Part shown: in pieces, positions 30,780-40,473 of the stretch
How positions within the stretch are numbered: the first letter of the stretch is position 1
Layout of the letters: the number at the start of each line of letters is the position of its first letter
Assembly: GCA_015062045.1 (NCBI GenBank)
Contig: SUVJ01000002.1
Span: forward strand, 1,300-65,299
DNA length: 64,000 bases
From: Akkermansiaceae bacterium
GTDB lineage: Bacteria; Verrucomicrobiota; Verrucomicrobiia; Verrucomicrobiales; Akkermansiaceae
Direction of reading: 5' to 3'
Program-made: the position numbers and the translations under genes
The notes under the pieces: model-generated
Told to the model about the DNA's origin: nothing
Database searches by the model: none
Seen by the model: only the letters and a program-made list of their open reading frames with translations

Positions 30780-31208
30780 GTTTCTGCTAATTTTGTAAAA
30801 TATATACGTACCTATTTTTACTTTATGTGGTAATTTATACTAAAGTAGCACCAAACTTTCGACATAACACTTTGGAAATCAATTTACCCCCTTTTCTTGT
30901 GTATACTAACATGCGTAACTCTTATATCATTCTGCACCCTTGATGTCAATCCATTTTCTAGCTAATTGTGGTAAACTTACATGTATCCTCCCAATTTTAA
31001 AAGAGGCTATGAATCTATAGTATCTTTTTAGGATCAGTGTAATAATAATCCTTGAATCTGACAATATGATACGAGGCACACCAATATTCGGTCTGAAACT
31101 ACTGGTGTAGGAGAGCAATCCCAACTGATAATGCCCCCTGTAATCAGTCACGAAACACATCAGAAACTCTTTAATTTATACCTTAAATTCTAAACGATGC
31201 TTATAATT

Positions 31209-32207
31209 TTATCTAAGTATACATGCTCCGTAGGAAAGGCCAACACCAAAACCAGCCAACATAATTTTCATGCCCGGTGTTATCAAATTGGCTTGGATAG
31301 CATCCTTTAAAGCTATAAGGACTGTAGAAGATACAGTATTCCCTGTATGTTCTATACTATTATAGAATCGAGTTTCAGGTATTTTGCATACTTTACGAAT
31401 AGAATCAAGCATGAACTTATTAGCCTGATGGAAAACAAAATAATCAACCTCTTCCTTTGATAAAGAATTAACTAATAAGGTTTCTGAAACTAAATGAGGT
31501 ACTGTTGATAATGTAAAATTAAATATAGCATTACCATTCATGTACAAATAATCGTCCCAACGAGTGTAGCCATTCTCATCCATCTCCGAAAAGCCTGTGC
31601 TTTGTTTGCAGCGAGCAGCTCCCGAACGAAGAATTAAATTTTCCGCACCGGAACCATCAGTTCCGAGGACAAACTCACCAATTTCAAACAAACCGTCATA
31701 CGATATCAGGCAAGCTGCCGCACCATCTCCAAAAATCGATTGATTACTTTTGTCGGAAGGATGCAAATATTTTGTATATGTCTCAGCCGTCAAAAGTAAA
31801 ACATTTCGTGCTACTCGAGAAGTAATCATCCCTTTTGCAATGGCCAATCCGTATACAGCACCAGAACAGCCTAAGTTAAAATCAAATGCACCGCAAGTTG
31901 TTTTAAGGCCTAATCTATTTTGTAAAACACATGAGGTGGAAGGGAGAAAATAATCGGGACTCTGAGTACAGAACAAGATAAAATCAATATCTTCAGGGTT
32001 AATGTTGTACTCGAAAAACAGTTTACGAGCGGCCTTTTCAGCCATATCTCCAGCCGTCTCATCCGAGGCGGATATGTGACGAGAATTTACACCCACCTTT
32101 TCTGATACTTTCGCAGCATTCCATTCCGGGAACTTACTTACCAACGCATCATTAGTCTGAATTCTTTTCGGTAAGTAATATGAAATTGCTTTTATAAAAG
32201 TTTTCAT
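31209..32207 (-). CDS. 3-oxoacyl-ACP synthase III (FabH-like)
   Basis: FNLGCSG (Cys), FGDGAAA, FHQANKFML (His), GNTVSST (Asn), GFGVGLSYG. Confidence 0.92.
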   Translation of the reverse strand: MKTFIKAISYYLPKRIQTNDALVSKFPEWNAAKVSEKVGVNSRHISASDETAGDMAEKAARKLFFEYNINPEDIDFILFCTQSPDYFLPSTSCVLQNRLGLKTTCGAFDFNLGCSGAVYGLAIAKGMITSRVARNVLLLTAETYTKYLHPSDKSNQSIFGDGAAACLISYDGLFEIGEFVLGTDGSGAENLILRSGAARCKQSTGFSEMDENGYTRWDDYLYMNGNAIFNFTLSTVPHLVSETLLVNSLSKEEVDYFVFHQANKFMLDSIRKVCKIPETRFYNSIEHTGNTVSSTVLIALKDAIQANLITPGMKIMLAGFGVGLSYGACILR

Positions 32208-32215
32208 CTATCGTA

Positions 32216-32974
32216 CTAATGTTGAATAATGTTTTCTCCTCCTGTAATTTCAATAAAACTTCCCGTCATCCATAATGATGCATCAGATAACATATATACT
32301 ACCAAATGTGCTACATCTTCGGGAGTACCAAAACGCTTTAAAGGATATTTTGACTGTGCAATGAGCATATCATCATGAGTTATCCCCTCTTGAAAAATAA
32401 GTTCACTCCATACCATTGCTGGGCATACACAATTGACTCTCACTTGTCGAGACGCAAGTTCGAGGGCTAAACACCTGGCATACGAATTAATCGCCCCTTT
32501 AGAAGCACTATATACCGCGTTTCCTATACTCGGAGACTTAGCTGCACGTGATGAAATAAAGACTATTGATGCAGCCCTTTTTATTTTCTTCATCTGCATA
32601 AGCTTACTTTGCAGCAAGACCGTCATCTTAAAGTTAGAATTAATTACAGTGTCTATGTCTATTTCATCTATTAATTTACAAACTTTTCGATGTCCAATAC
32701 CGGCACAATGAACAACGCCATCTAGGGGCGGTAGTAATGCTATCATCTGATTAACTTCGTCAGAATTAGCCAAATCAGCAGCTACAATTTGATGATTACC
32801 TTCAGGAAGAAGAGAATAAGTTTCTCGTAATCTCTCCGTGTTTCTTCCGTTCAATATAACGGTTGCTCCCATTTTAGCACAAACCACAGCTATCCCTTTG
32901 CCTATTCCTGAGGAAGAGCCTGTAACTAAAATTGTTTTTTGGGAGAGAGAAAACGGTGAATAATCAGATTTCAT
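32216..32974 (-). CDS. SDR oxidoreductase (FabG-like)
   Basis: TGSSSGIG, VHCAG, YSASK, VNCVCP. Confidence 0.92.
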   Translation of the reverse strand: MKSDYSPFSLSQKTILVTGSSSGIGKGIAVVCAKMGATVILNGRNTERLRETYSLLPEGNHQIVAADLANSDEVNQMIALLPPLDGVVHCAGIGHRKVCKLIDEIDIDTVINSNFKMTVLLQSKLMQMKKIKRAASIVFISSRAAKSPSIGNAVYSASKGAINSYARCLALELASRQVRVNCVCPAMVWSELIFQEGITHDDMLIAQSKYPLKRFGTPEDVAHLVVYMLSDASLWMTGSFIEITGGENIIQH

Positions 32975-33205
32975 TTATTTTGAACAAATAATTTTATACA
33001 AGTCCTCAAATGTCCTCGCTTTTTGGATATCAGCACCACTCAATGTTTGATTAAATTCTATTTTTACATATGCGACTAACGTCATAGCTACAAGAGATGA
33101 CCATTCTTCAAGCTCATGGTAACAGGTATCGGCTTTAATTTCTGAAGGATCTGTATCTTCAAACTGATCAGCAACACCTTTAATAAACTCATCCAAGGTA
33201 ATCAT
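32975..33205 (-). CDS. Acyl carrier protein
   Basis: 76 aa, acidic; EEWSSL phosphopantetheine serine motif; TFEDLY. Confidence 0.88.
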   Translation of the reverse strand: MITLDEFIKGVADQFEDTDPSEIKADTCYHELEEWSSLVAMTLVAYVKIEFNQTLSGADIQKARTFEDLYKIICSK

Positions 33206-33358
33206 ATATTACTTTAATTGTATTATTGTTTGTCTGGAAATACCTAAAGCGATAAACGGAAACTACACCTTAATTATCGCAACACGGTTATATTAGCACA
33301 GTTGCGCTTCGAATATCAAGTTTTTTCCCTTATACAGTCAGATAATGATAAATATAGT

Positions 33359-33988
33359 TTAGGAAGATAATTTTTTTGACGTACTTTGTTTACGCACTCC
33401 GCCGAGCATTTTGGGAAGAGGTTTTATAACCATGGGATTTCCTATAGCCATGTGACCGGAGGGAATACTTTTATCAACAACACATCCTGCTGCAACCACA
33501 CAATTGTCACCAATAGTAACACCGGTCATAACGATACAACGTGTTCCTATATAACATTTTCTTCCAATTTGAATTGATAGAGAAGGGCCTATACCCTTCC
33601 CGCGCCAACCAGTTTCGGGGGAATACTCATGTCCCATTACATCCATAATCAAAGTGTTGGGTCCAACAATCGTATATTCTCCAATAGAAACCTTATTGTC
33701 AGTTATAATTGAACAGCCACTGACTCCGGAATGATTTTCTAAGTGTATAACGGCTTCCGGATTCAAAGTCTTGAAAAAAATAGGCTTTTCTACCAGAGGA
33801 TTATAACGTACATTTGAAATCAGAGTAACATCCTCTCCTAAAATAATGGAGCCTCCTTTTCTGATAGATATTACAGGAGTTCCTAATATTCTACACCCAG
33901 CACCTACAGAAACTCCTCGAAGACGCAAAAATATACATCTTATATATGACAAACTATTCAGTATACCTAATTTAATTTTATTAATCAT
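33359..33988 (-). CDS. Hexapeptide-repeat (LbH) O-acyltransferase
   Basis: IGRKCYIGTRCIVMTGVTIGDNCVVAAGCVV..GNP. Confidence 0.9.
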   Translation of the reverse strand: MINKIKLGILNSLSYIRCIFLRLRGVSVGAGCRILGTPVISIRKGGSIILGEDVTLISNVRYNPLVEKPIFFKTLNPEAVIHLENHSGVSGCSIITDNKVSIGEYTIVGPNTLIMDVMGHEYSPETGWRGKGIGPSLSIQIGRKCYIGTRCIVMTGVTIGDNCVVAAGCVVDKSIPSGHMAIGNPMVIKPLPKMLGGVRKQSTSKKLSS

Positions 33989-34018
33989 ATACTTCTAGAA
34001 ATTATAAACAGAATATTA

Positions 34019-35128
34019 TCATATAAAGTACTTACCCAGCACCTCCTGCAACACCTCTAAGCAGCGAGCATTCTCTCGCTCATTACCCACGGTAATGCGA
34101 ATGTATTCGGGGAGGCCGTAGCCATCCATGTGGCGCAGGATGACACCCTTGGCGAGGCAGGCGTTAAAGACCTCCCTACCGCGTCCTGTTTTAACGAGAA
34201 TAAAGTTACCGTAGGAGGGGATGTACTCTATACCCCATTGCTCGAAAGCGGAGTAAAATTGCTTTTTACCCTCTGCAACCATGCGCACTGAGGCCTCCAG
34301 ATGCTCCTTATCATCCAAAGCAGCCACAGTGGCAGCCTGCGCCATCAGGTTCATGTTAAAGGGAGTACGTGCTTTATTGAGCAAATCTGCAATCTCGGGC
34401 GTGGTGATACCATAACCGGCGCGTAAACCGGCCAAGCCGTATGCCTTGGAGAAGGTGCGCAACAAAATCACATTTTTACCCTGCTTAACATACTTAAGTG
34501 TATCCGGCTTTTGCTCAGCAAAGTCAATGTAGGCCTCATCAAAAGCAACAATCACATGTTCAGGCACTTGAGCCATAAAGGCATCCATCTCTTCCTGAAA
34601 CACCATGGTACCCACCGGGTTCGTGGGATTAGTAATAAAGATGAGGCGCGTTTGCGAGGTAATGGCTTTGAGCATTGCCATCAGGTCATGGCTCCAATCC
34701 GCCTTGTTCTCCACCTCCACATACTTTGCACCAAACAGCTTACTCATAATGGGGTACATGGAGAAACTGTGCTTGGCAGCCATCAGCTCAATCCCCTCAT
34801 GCAAACAGGCATGGCACAGCAACTCAATAATTTCACTGCTACCGCTACCTACTACCGTTTGATTAAACGCCACCCCGAAGATGCCGGCCAACTTACTTCT
34901 CAGGGCGAAAGAGGCACCATCCGGGTAAATATGAGCCCCCATGGCAGCCTGTTGCATGGCTTGCACCGCCTTGGGAGACGGCCCAAGGGAGTTCTCATTG
35001 GATGCCAATTTAACAATATCAGACGCATTCAGCCCTAATTCTCGGGCTGTCTCTTCAATAGGTTTGCCGGGTTGATATGCTACAAGATCCAGCACGTACT
35101 GATTGGCGTATTGTGTAATGGTGCTCAT
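34019..35128 (-). CDS. hisC: Histidinol-phosphate aminotransferase
   Basis: YQPGKP, KLASNEN, NPTNPVG, DEAY, RTFSKAYGLAGLRAGY. Start ATG 35128. Confidence 0.95.
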   Translation of the reverse strand: MSTITQYANQYVLDLVAYQPGKPIEETARELGLNASDIVKLASNENSLGPSPKAVQAMQQAAMGAHIYPDGASFALRSKLAGIFGVAFNQTVVGSGSSEIIELLCHACLHEGIELMAAKHSFSMYPIMSKLFGAKYVEVENKADWSHDLMAMLKAITSQTRLIFITNPTNPVGTMVFQEEMDAFMAQVPEHVIVAFDEAYIDFAEQKPDTLKYVKQGKNVILLRTFSKAYGLAGLRAGYGITTPEIADLLNKARTPFNMNLMAQAATVAALDDKEHLEASVRMVAEGKKQFYSAFEQWGIEYIPSYGNFILVKTGRGREVFNACLAKGVILRHMDGYGLPEYIRITVGNERENARCLEVLQEVLGKYFI

Positions 35129-35212
35129 AAAAACAGGCGTATTATAGTATATGCAAAAGGCATAATCAAGCCTGTAATCCGGCCATAACGCCGTATTGAC
35201 ACGCTTTTTTGC

Positions 35213-35241
35213 TTGCAAACGCTCATAAAATTTCATATAAA
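35213..35241 (+). promoter_or_regulatory. Sigma70-type promoter
   Basis: tttttgc-TTGCAA-N17-TATAAA upstream of ATG 35266. Confidence 0.65.
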
Positions 35242-35265
35242 AACCTAAAGCAATGCTTTATTGGT

Positions 35266-36069
35266 ATGAACAAGCTTCTGCCACACGTATATTTGAGCAC
35301 AGTCGGCCTACTGATTACAGCAGGTCTCGCTTTTGCGCAAACAGAGGTATCGGTTCAACTGCACTCCTGTCGTTCTGAGTTCAGGCCTCATGATTCTACG
35401 GATAAACCCGGCTTCGGCGTTAAATTCGAACTCACACCGGCTGCTGATGTCACCATGATTGAGACAGAGCACCTGGGCTCCACCATCACCCTAACAGACG
35501 ACAAAGGCTGCAAATACACCCCCTCTACAGCACGCCTCTATACAGAGGACGGCAAAACCTACGCCAAGTTCACCTATAAAAAGCGCCCCGGCGGCAGCAA
35601 AATCAAACTCAGCGGGGAGCTGGATATTTCTCTGGCAAAAAATGTTGCCAAACACTCCAACATTAAGGCGGATGCCCTCGCCCCCTCCTCCGTCCAAATC
35701 AACGACAGCACCTTTAACATTACCCCGGCTGCAACCAACGCAGATAAAAGCAACAAAGAAGATGAACGCCTGCGCCGTGCAGAAATATCCCTGCAATACC
35801 CCGCCAACATCACCATTATGCAGATTGCCCGACAATGGGGGCCGGAATCCGCAGAAGCCTTTGTGCAGGAGATAGACTTCAGCACAACCGTTTCTCAAGA
35901 TGACACCACCAAAACCACCACCTTTGTGCTGGTAGATGCTCTACCCGCCCCGCTGCTGGAAATCTCCACCTGCACAGAGACAAAGGCCATCAAACTTCCG
36001 GTGAATTTTGATGTAACCCTCAGCGGGGTCACTATACCGCCCGCAGCACAAGAAAACGTATCACAATAG
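35266..36069 (+). CDS. Hypothetical secreted protein
   Basis: Signal peptide ending GLAFA; beta-rich; high-GC codon usage. Confidence 0.7.
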   Translation: MNKLLPHVYLSTVGLLITAGLAFAQTEVSVQLHSCRSEFRPHDSTDKPGFGVKFELTPAADVTMIETEHLGSTITLTDDKGCKYTPSTARLYTEDGKTYAKFTYKKRPGGSKIKLSGELDISLAKNVAKHSNIKADALAPSSVQINDSTFNITPAATNADKSNKEDERLRRAEISLQYPANITIMQIARQWGPESAEAFVQEIDFSTTVSQDDTTKTTTFVLVDALPAPLLEISTCTETKAIKLPVNFDVTLSGVTIPPAAQENVSQ

Positions 36070-36073
36070 ACTC

Positions 36074-36829
36074 ATGTTACGCAACATTCTGTACAGTCTA
36101 CTGCTTACTCCCGCAGCATTACACGCAGCAGATACACCGCCCACCATCAAAATATCCCCACAAAGCATAGAATGCCTGTACAATGTTACGGAGCAACCGG
36201 GGACCGCCCCCGCCGTGCGCTGCACGGTTCGACTGCACGTTACACCCTCCAAAGGAGCCACACTGTGGACCCACGAGGAAGCCCCCATGCCGGACCTGGA
36301 AGCCACGGATGGCGCAGGTAACAAAATGACGGGTAAGTTCCGTGATTGGGAGTTATGCTTCGATTCTAAAGACGCTCACTGCCACATTATGGTATATGAC
36401 TTCACCCAACTGCCGGCCGGGGACACCCTCAACTTCGACACCACGCTCGAGCTCCCCGTAACCCCCGGCGTGCAGAAGCATGAAGCTCCCACCTTCAGCA
36501 CCACACAAAAAACCACTTGCACCATTGCCGGACACCAAGTAGAAATTGAACCACTGGAGCGATCCGCAGCCGCCCCGGATGAACTCATCCTGCGTGTCAC
36601 CTATACAGATGCGGAAAAAGTGCCTGAAATCATCATCTGCGACGACGAAGGCTACCATCTCAAAAGCAACCTGATTGATGCAGAATACCACGCAGACTCC
36701 GCAAAGGTAACAGCCGTATATGTGCAAAAATACACTAAAAAAGAAGGCAAAATCGCCCTACGCACCTACCAACCCCGCGTCAATGTTAAATCCTCCGTTA
36801 AATTCAATATGTACATCGGAAGAAATTAA
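36074..36829 (+). CDS. Hypothetical secreted protein, probable paralogue of the upstream gene
   Basis: Signal peptide ending ALHA; parallel layout to the previous ORF. Confidence 0.7.
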   Translation: MLRNILYSLLLTPAALHAADTPPTIKISPQSIECLYNVTEQPGTAPAVRCTVRLHVTPSKGATLWTHEEAPMPDLEATDGAGNKMTGKFRDWELCFDSKDAHCHIMVYDFTQLPAGDTLNFDTTLELPVTPGVQKHEAPTFSTTQKTTCTIAGHQVEIEPLERSAAAPDELILRVTYTDAEKVPEIIICDDEGYHLKSNLIDAEYHADSAKVTAVYVQKYTKKEGKIALRTYQPRVNVKSSVKFNMYIGRN

Positions 36830-36924
36830 CAATCTCCACCAATTTTATCGGATTTAGCTTGACAAAATCCCCCAAATAGATAGACTTTCAATCGAACAGA
36901 TTAATTTCAAAAATATAAAACATT

Positions 36925-38052
36925 ATGGAACCGTACAGCATGAAAAACCCGTATCCTGCTACTGTGCAGGGTGTTCGCCCCGTCACCAAACCCGGCAGTG
37001 CAAAGGAGACTATCCATATAGACTACAACCTCGGAGACTCCGGACTCACCTATGTTACGGGTGATGCCTTGGGTGTATTCCCCTGCAACGACCCCGTCTT
37101 GGTGGATGCCCTCATCGACGCCCTCGGCTTGGATGCCGCAGAGTCCGTCCCCATGCCGGATGGCACCACCGCCCCCCTGAGAGAGGCCCTCATCAACGCA
37201 TACGATATCACCTCCCTCAAAAAAGGCAACCTCACCAAGTGGAACGCCGTGGCCAACAGCGAAAAACTAACCGCTATTCTTGCAGATAAGGATGCCCTTA
37301 AAGACTACTGCTGGGGGCGAGACCTGCTCGATGTAGCACAAGATGCCGACACCACAGCCAAGTTTGAAAACGCAGCCGCTTTTGTTGCTATTCTCGGCAA
37401 ACTTACCCCGCGTCTGTACTCCATTGCCAGCAGCCCGGATGCCGTACCCGGCCAAGTTTCCCTTTGCGTGGGTGCCGTTCGTTACACCGCTCAGGAGCGC
37501 CAACGCGGTGGCGTATGCTCCACCTACATGGCAGATCGCCTCAAGGCCGGTGACAAAGTGAAGGTATTTGTTCACAGCAACAAAAACTTCCGCCTGCCCG
37601 AGGACGGCAACACCCCCATCATCATGGTGGGCCCCGGCACCGGCATTGCGCCGTTCCGTGCCTTCTGGCAGCAGCGCATGGCAGACAACGCTCCCGGCGC
37701 AAACTGGCTCTTCTTCGGCAACCCCTACAAGGCTACAGATGGCTGCTATGAGGACGAAATCGCCCCGCTTGTAGAAAGCGGCAAACTCCGTCTCTCCGTT
37801 GCATGGAGCCGCGACCAAGCTCACAAGATCTACGTGCAAAACCTCATGGAAGAAGCCAGCGCAGAGATTTGGCAATGGTTGGAAAACGGCGCCGCCGTCT
37901 ACATGTGCGGAGATGCCAACCGCATGGCTAAAGATGTGGAGAAAGCCCTGCTCTCCATCATCTCCACCCACGGCAACCGCACGGAGGAAGAGGCTGCCGA
38001 ATACCTTAAGGATATGAAAGCAGCCAAACGTTACCAGAAAGACGTTTACTAA
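36925..38052 (+). CDS. CysJ-like FAD/NADPH oxidoreductase lacking the flavodoxin domain
   Basis: PRLYSIASS, GVCSTY, MVGPGTGIAPFRAF, LFFG, AWSRDQ, MCGDANRMAKDV, RYQKDVY. Confidence 0.85.
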   Translation: MEPYSMKNPYPATVQGVRPVTKPGSAKETIHIDYNLGDSGLTYVTGDALGVFPCNDPVLVDALIDALGLDAAESVPMPDGTTAPLREALINAYDITSLKKGNLTKWNAVANSEKLTAILADKDALKDYCWGRDLLDVAQDADTTAKFENAAAFVAILGKLTPRLYSIASSPDAVPGQVSLCVGAVRYTAQERQRGGVCSTYMADRLKAGDKVKVFVHSNKNFRLPEDGNTPIIMVGPGTGIAPFRAFWQQRMADNAPGANWLFFGNPYKATDGCYEDEIAPLVESGKLRLSVAWSRDQAHKIYVQNLMEEASAEIWQWLENGAAVYMCGDANRMAKDVEKALLSIISTHGNRTEEEAAEYLKDMKAAKRYQKDVY

Positions 38053-38131
38053 TACCCTCCTGCATTTTCTCCCCCGTCGCCCGCTGCTTGCCCCCAAAGC
38101 AGCGGGCTTATTTATGATTTATTCAGAACAC

Positions 38132-38165
38132 AAAAAGCCTCGCCGGAAATACCGACGAGGCTTTT
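38132..38165. terminator. Bidirectional terminator between convergent genes
   Basis: AAAAAGCCTCG...CGAGGCTTTTT. A second hairpin GCCCGCTGCTT/AAGCAGCGGGC lies near 38080-38108. Confidence 0.75.
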
Positions 38166-38191
38166 TGTGTTCAGTAATGAGGTAAGATAAA

Positions 38192-39283
38192 TCAGTATTT
38201 TTCCACCACTTTCATCATGGCATCCATTTGAGCCTCGATGGATTCAACGAGGGCAATCTGGGTGCGGCAGCGGTCCAAGTTGTGCTCAGGGCGCTTGATC
38301 TTGAAGTAGGTGTCACCCTCCAGATAGTCAGTAAGGAAACGCATACCGCACTCCATGGTAAGCAGCTTACCGGAGAACGGAAGCAGCTCTTTCTCCAGCG
38401 GGGTAAGGAAGGTTGCAGCCTCGCAGTAACCCTTGGCAAGAGCCTCAAAGTACTCCATGCGCATGGTAACAAGGGAGGTATTCTTCTCATCCTCTGCAGC
38501 GGGGGATGTGGAGGTGCGAATCATGTCACCAAAGTCATACAGGGAGGAGCCCGGCATGGTGGTATCCAAGTCAATCACGCAAATGCCCTCGCCCGTTACG
38601 TCATCAAGCATCACGTTGTTGAGCTTGGTGTCGTTGTGGGTAACACGCAGGGGCAGCTCGCCACTGGCAAGGTAGTTTACAACCTTGTGGCAATCTGCCT
38701 CGCGAGAGAGGAACCAATCAATCTCCTTTTGCACGCCGGCAGCACGCCCGCAAGCATCTGCAGCCAAAGCGGCTTGGAAGTTCTTGAAGCGCTTGGTGGT
38801 GTTATGGAAATCGGGGATGGTTTCAAAGAGCGGAGCGCCGGGAAGATTGGCACCCAGTTTCTGGAAGTTACCAAAGGCACGAGCCACCTCAATGCACTGG
38901 CCCGGGTTCTCAATCATGTCGTAGGTGCGGGCTCGGTCAATGAAGGGGTATACACGCCATACATTGCCGTCTGCATCCTGAGCGTAAGGCTTGCCATCCT
39001 TAGCGTTTACGATGGTGAGGGTGCGGCGGTAGGCCTCTTTGCAGCCCTCCTCCAACAGCACGCGCAGAGCTTCATCCGTAACACGCTTCACGTTTTCCAT
39101 GAGCGGGATGGGTTGCTTGAATACGTTGCTGTTAATGCGCTGTAAGATGTAGCTTACACGCAGACCTGCCTGGTCTACGATAACACGGAAAGTGTCATTA
39201 ATATGACCGGAGCCGTAAGGAGCCCCGCAGACAAAGTCGCCACGGAGGTCAAACAGGCCGGATATGGATTTGATATCGTACAT
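38192..39283 (-). CDS. Aminoglycoside-phosphotransferase-fold sugar kinase (N-acetylhexosamine 1-kinase-like)
   Basis: GSGHINDT, ILQRIN, ETIPDFHNT, THNDTKLNN, VIDLDT, RFLTDYLEGDTYF. Confidence 0.85.
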   Translation of the reverse strand: MYDIKSISGLFDLRGDFVCGAPYGSGHINDTFRVIVDQAGLRVSYILQRINSNVFKQPIPLMENVKRVTDEALRVLLEEGCKEAYRRTLTIVNAKDGKPYAQDADGNVWRVYPFIDRARTYDMIENPGQCIEVARAFGNFQKLGANLPGAPLFETIPDFHNTTKRFKNFQAALAADACGRAAGVQKEIDWFLSREADCHKVVNYLASGELPLRVTHNDTKLNNVMLDDVTGEGICVIDLDTTMPGSSLYDFGDMIRTSTSPAAEDEKNTSLVTMRMEYFEALAKGYCEAATFLTPLEKELLPFSGKLLTMECGMRFLTDYLEGDTYFKIKRPEHNLDRCRTQIALVESIEAQMDAMMKVVEKY

Positions 39284-39296
39284 AATCTCCCAAAAA

Positions 39297-40205
39297 TTAA
39301 CCGAGTTTGGCGGGATACACACCATCCTCTACCAGCTTGGCAATGCTCTCTACCACAGCGGGTTTATCGCTCGGGTAGGTAACACCCAACCAGTTAGCGG
39401 TAGTCTTGATAACGCTGCAATCCGCCTTGCCGTTGTGAATCAGTTCATCCACAACAGTGGGTATGTAGCACTCGCTCTTCAGCTCTGCACCGTGCTCAGC
39501 CATGAAGTGAGTGAAGTGCGCCTGAATGCGGGAAATGAAGCTGGCGGGGAATACCCAGAAGTTCATGGAAACAAGCTCCTCGGGGTCAACGGGCTTACGC
39601 TCACCGGAGAGGCTATCGCCACGGCAAACGCCGTCTTCCTCCATCTTAATCTTGGTGTACTCTTCCACGCTGTCCAAGTAGCCATCCTTAATACCACAGA
39701 TACCGCGGTTTACATCACCGTGGTCGCTGAGGGTGTTCTTGAGGGGATAGCCAATCATGCCGTAGTGCTCCTTGCAGGGGCAGCCCTGCTCAGCGGTCAG
39801 GAACTCGGCAGCCTTCACAAAAGCATCTGCACCGTAGAAGTCATCGGCATTCACCACGCCGAACGGCTCCTTAACAACATTGCGGGCGGCAAGCAAAGCG
39901 TGTGCCGTTCCCCAGGGTTTTACACGACCCTCCGGCACGCTGTACCCCTCGGGCAGGTCATCCAAGCACTGGAATGCGTAGTCTACCTCAATCTTGTCGG
40001 CAAAGCGAGCACCGACCTGGCTCTTAAAGGCCTCCTCAAAATCCTTGCGGATGATGAACACCACCTTACCGAAACCGGCACGAATGGCATCATACACGGA
40101 GTAATCAAGAATAACTTCACCATTGGGCCCCATGGGGTCCAGCTGCTTAAGGCCACCGTAACGGCTGCCCATACCTGCTGCGAGAACAAGAAGTGTAGGT
40201 TTCAT
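39297..40205 (-). CDS. Sugar-phosphate nucleotidyltransferase
   Basis: LAAGMGSRYGGLKQ, KPWGTAHA, NADDFYG, SMNFW. Confidence 0.88.
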   Translation of the reverse strand: MKPTLLVLAAGMGSRYGGLKQLDPMGPNGEVILDYSVYDAIRAGFGKVVFIIRKDFEEAFKSQVGARFADKIEVDYAFQCLDDLPEGYSVPEGRVKPWGTAHALLAARNVVKEPFGVVNADDFYGADAFVKAAEFLTAEQGCPCKEHYGMIGYPLKNTLSDHGDVNRGICGIKDGYLDSVEEYTKIKMEEDGVCRGDSLSGERKPVDPEELVSMNFWVFPASFISRIQAHFTHFMAEHGAELKSECYIPTVVDELIHNGKADCSVIKTTANWLGVTYPSDKPAVVESIAKLVEDGVYPAKLG

Positions 40206-40236
40206 AATAAAAGTGTAGTACTATCGGTACGCACTT

Positions 40237-40265
40237 ATTCTACCTGTTCCTGTAGAACATTGCAA
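40237..40265 (-). promoter_or_regulatory. Sigma70-type promoter
   Basis: Minus strand tttttgc-TTGCAA-N17-TAGAAT. Confidence 0.7.
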
Positions 40266-40267
40266 GC

Positions 40268-40311
40268 AAAAAGCGCACGAAACAGGGTGATTTTCACCGT
40301 TTCGTGCGCTT
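40268..40311 (-). terminator. Terminator, probably the native metH terminator
   Basis: AAGCGCACGAAAC/GTTTCGTGCGCTT stem plus a GGTGA/TCACC extension; U-tract on the minus strand; 20 nt downstream of the displaced metH stop. Confidence 0.75.
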
Positions 40312-40330
40312 AATCATCACGCCGTCAGCG

Positions 40331-40468
40331 TTAAACCGTCAACTTATGCCCGGAGCGGGATGCATAATCGGCGCGTTGGTCATCGCCGATGGGGCCTACG
40401 GCAAAGTAGCGAGCCTCGGGGTGATTGAAGACAAGCGCACAGATGGCAGAGGTGGGTTGCATCATGCA
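40331..40468 (-). repeat. Displaced duplicate of the metH 3' end (att junction)
   Basis: Encodes [45 protein letters not shown]. 13 mismatches in 132 nt and no indels versus 44802-44933. Confidence 0.92.
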
Positions 40469-40473
40469 GGACT

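Noticed and set aside
30927-31160. 77-aa ORF within the island
   Set aside because: No recognisable motif in any frame; may be a remnant but cannot be supported.
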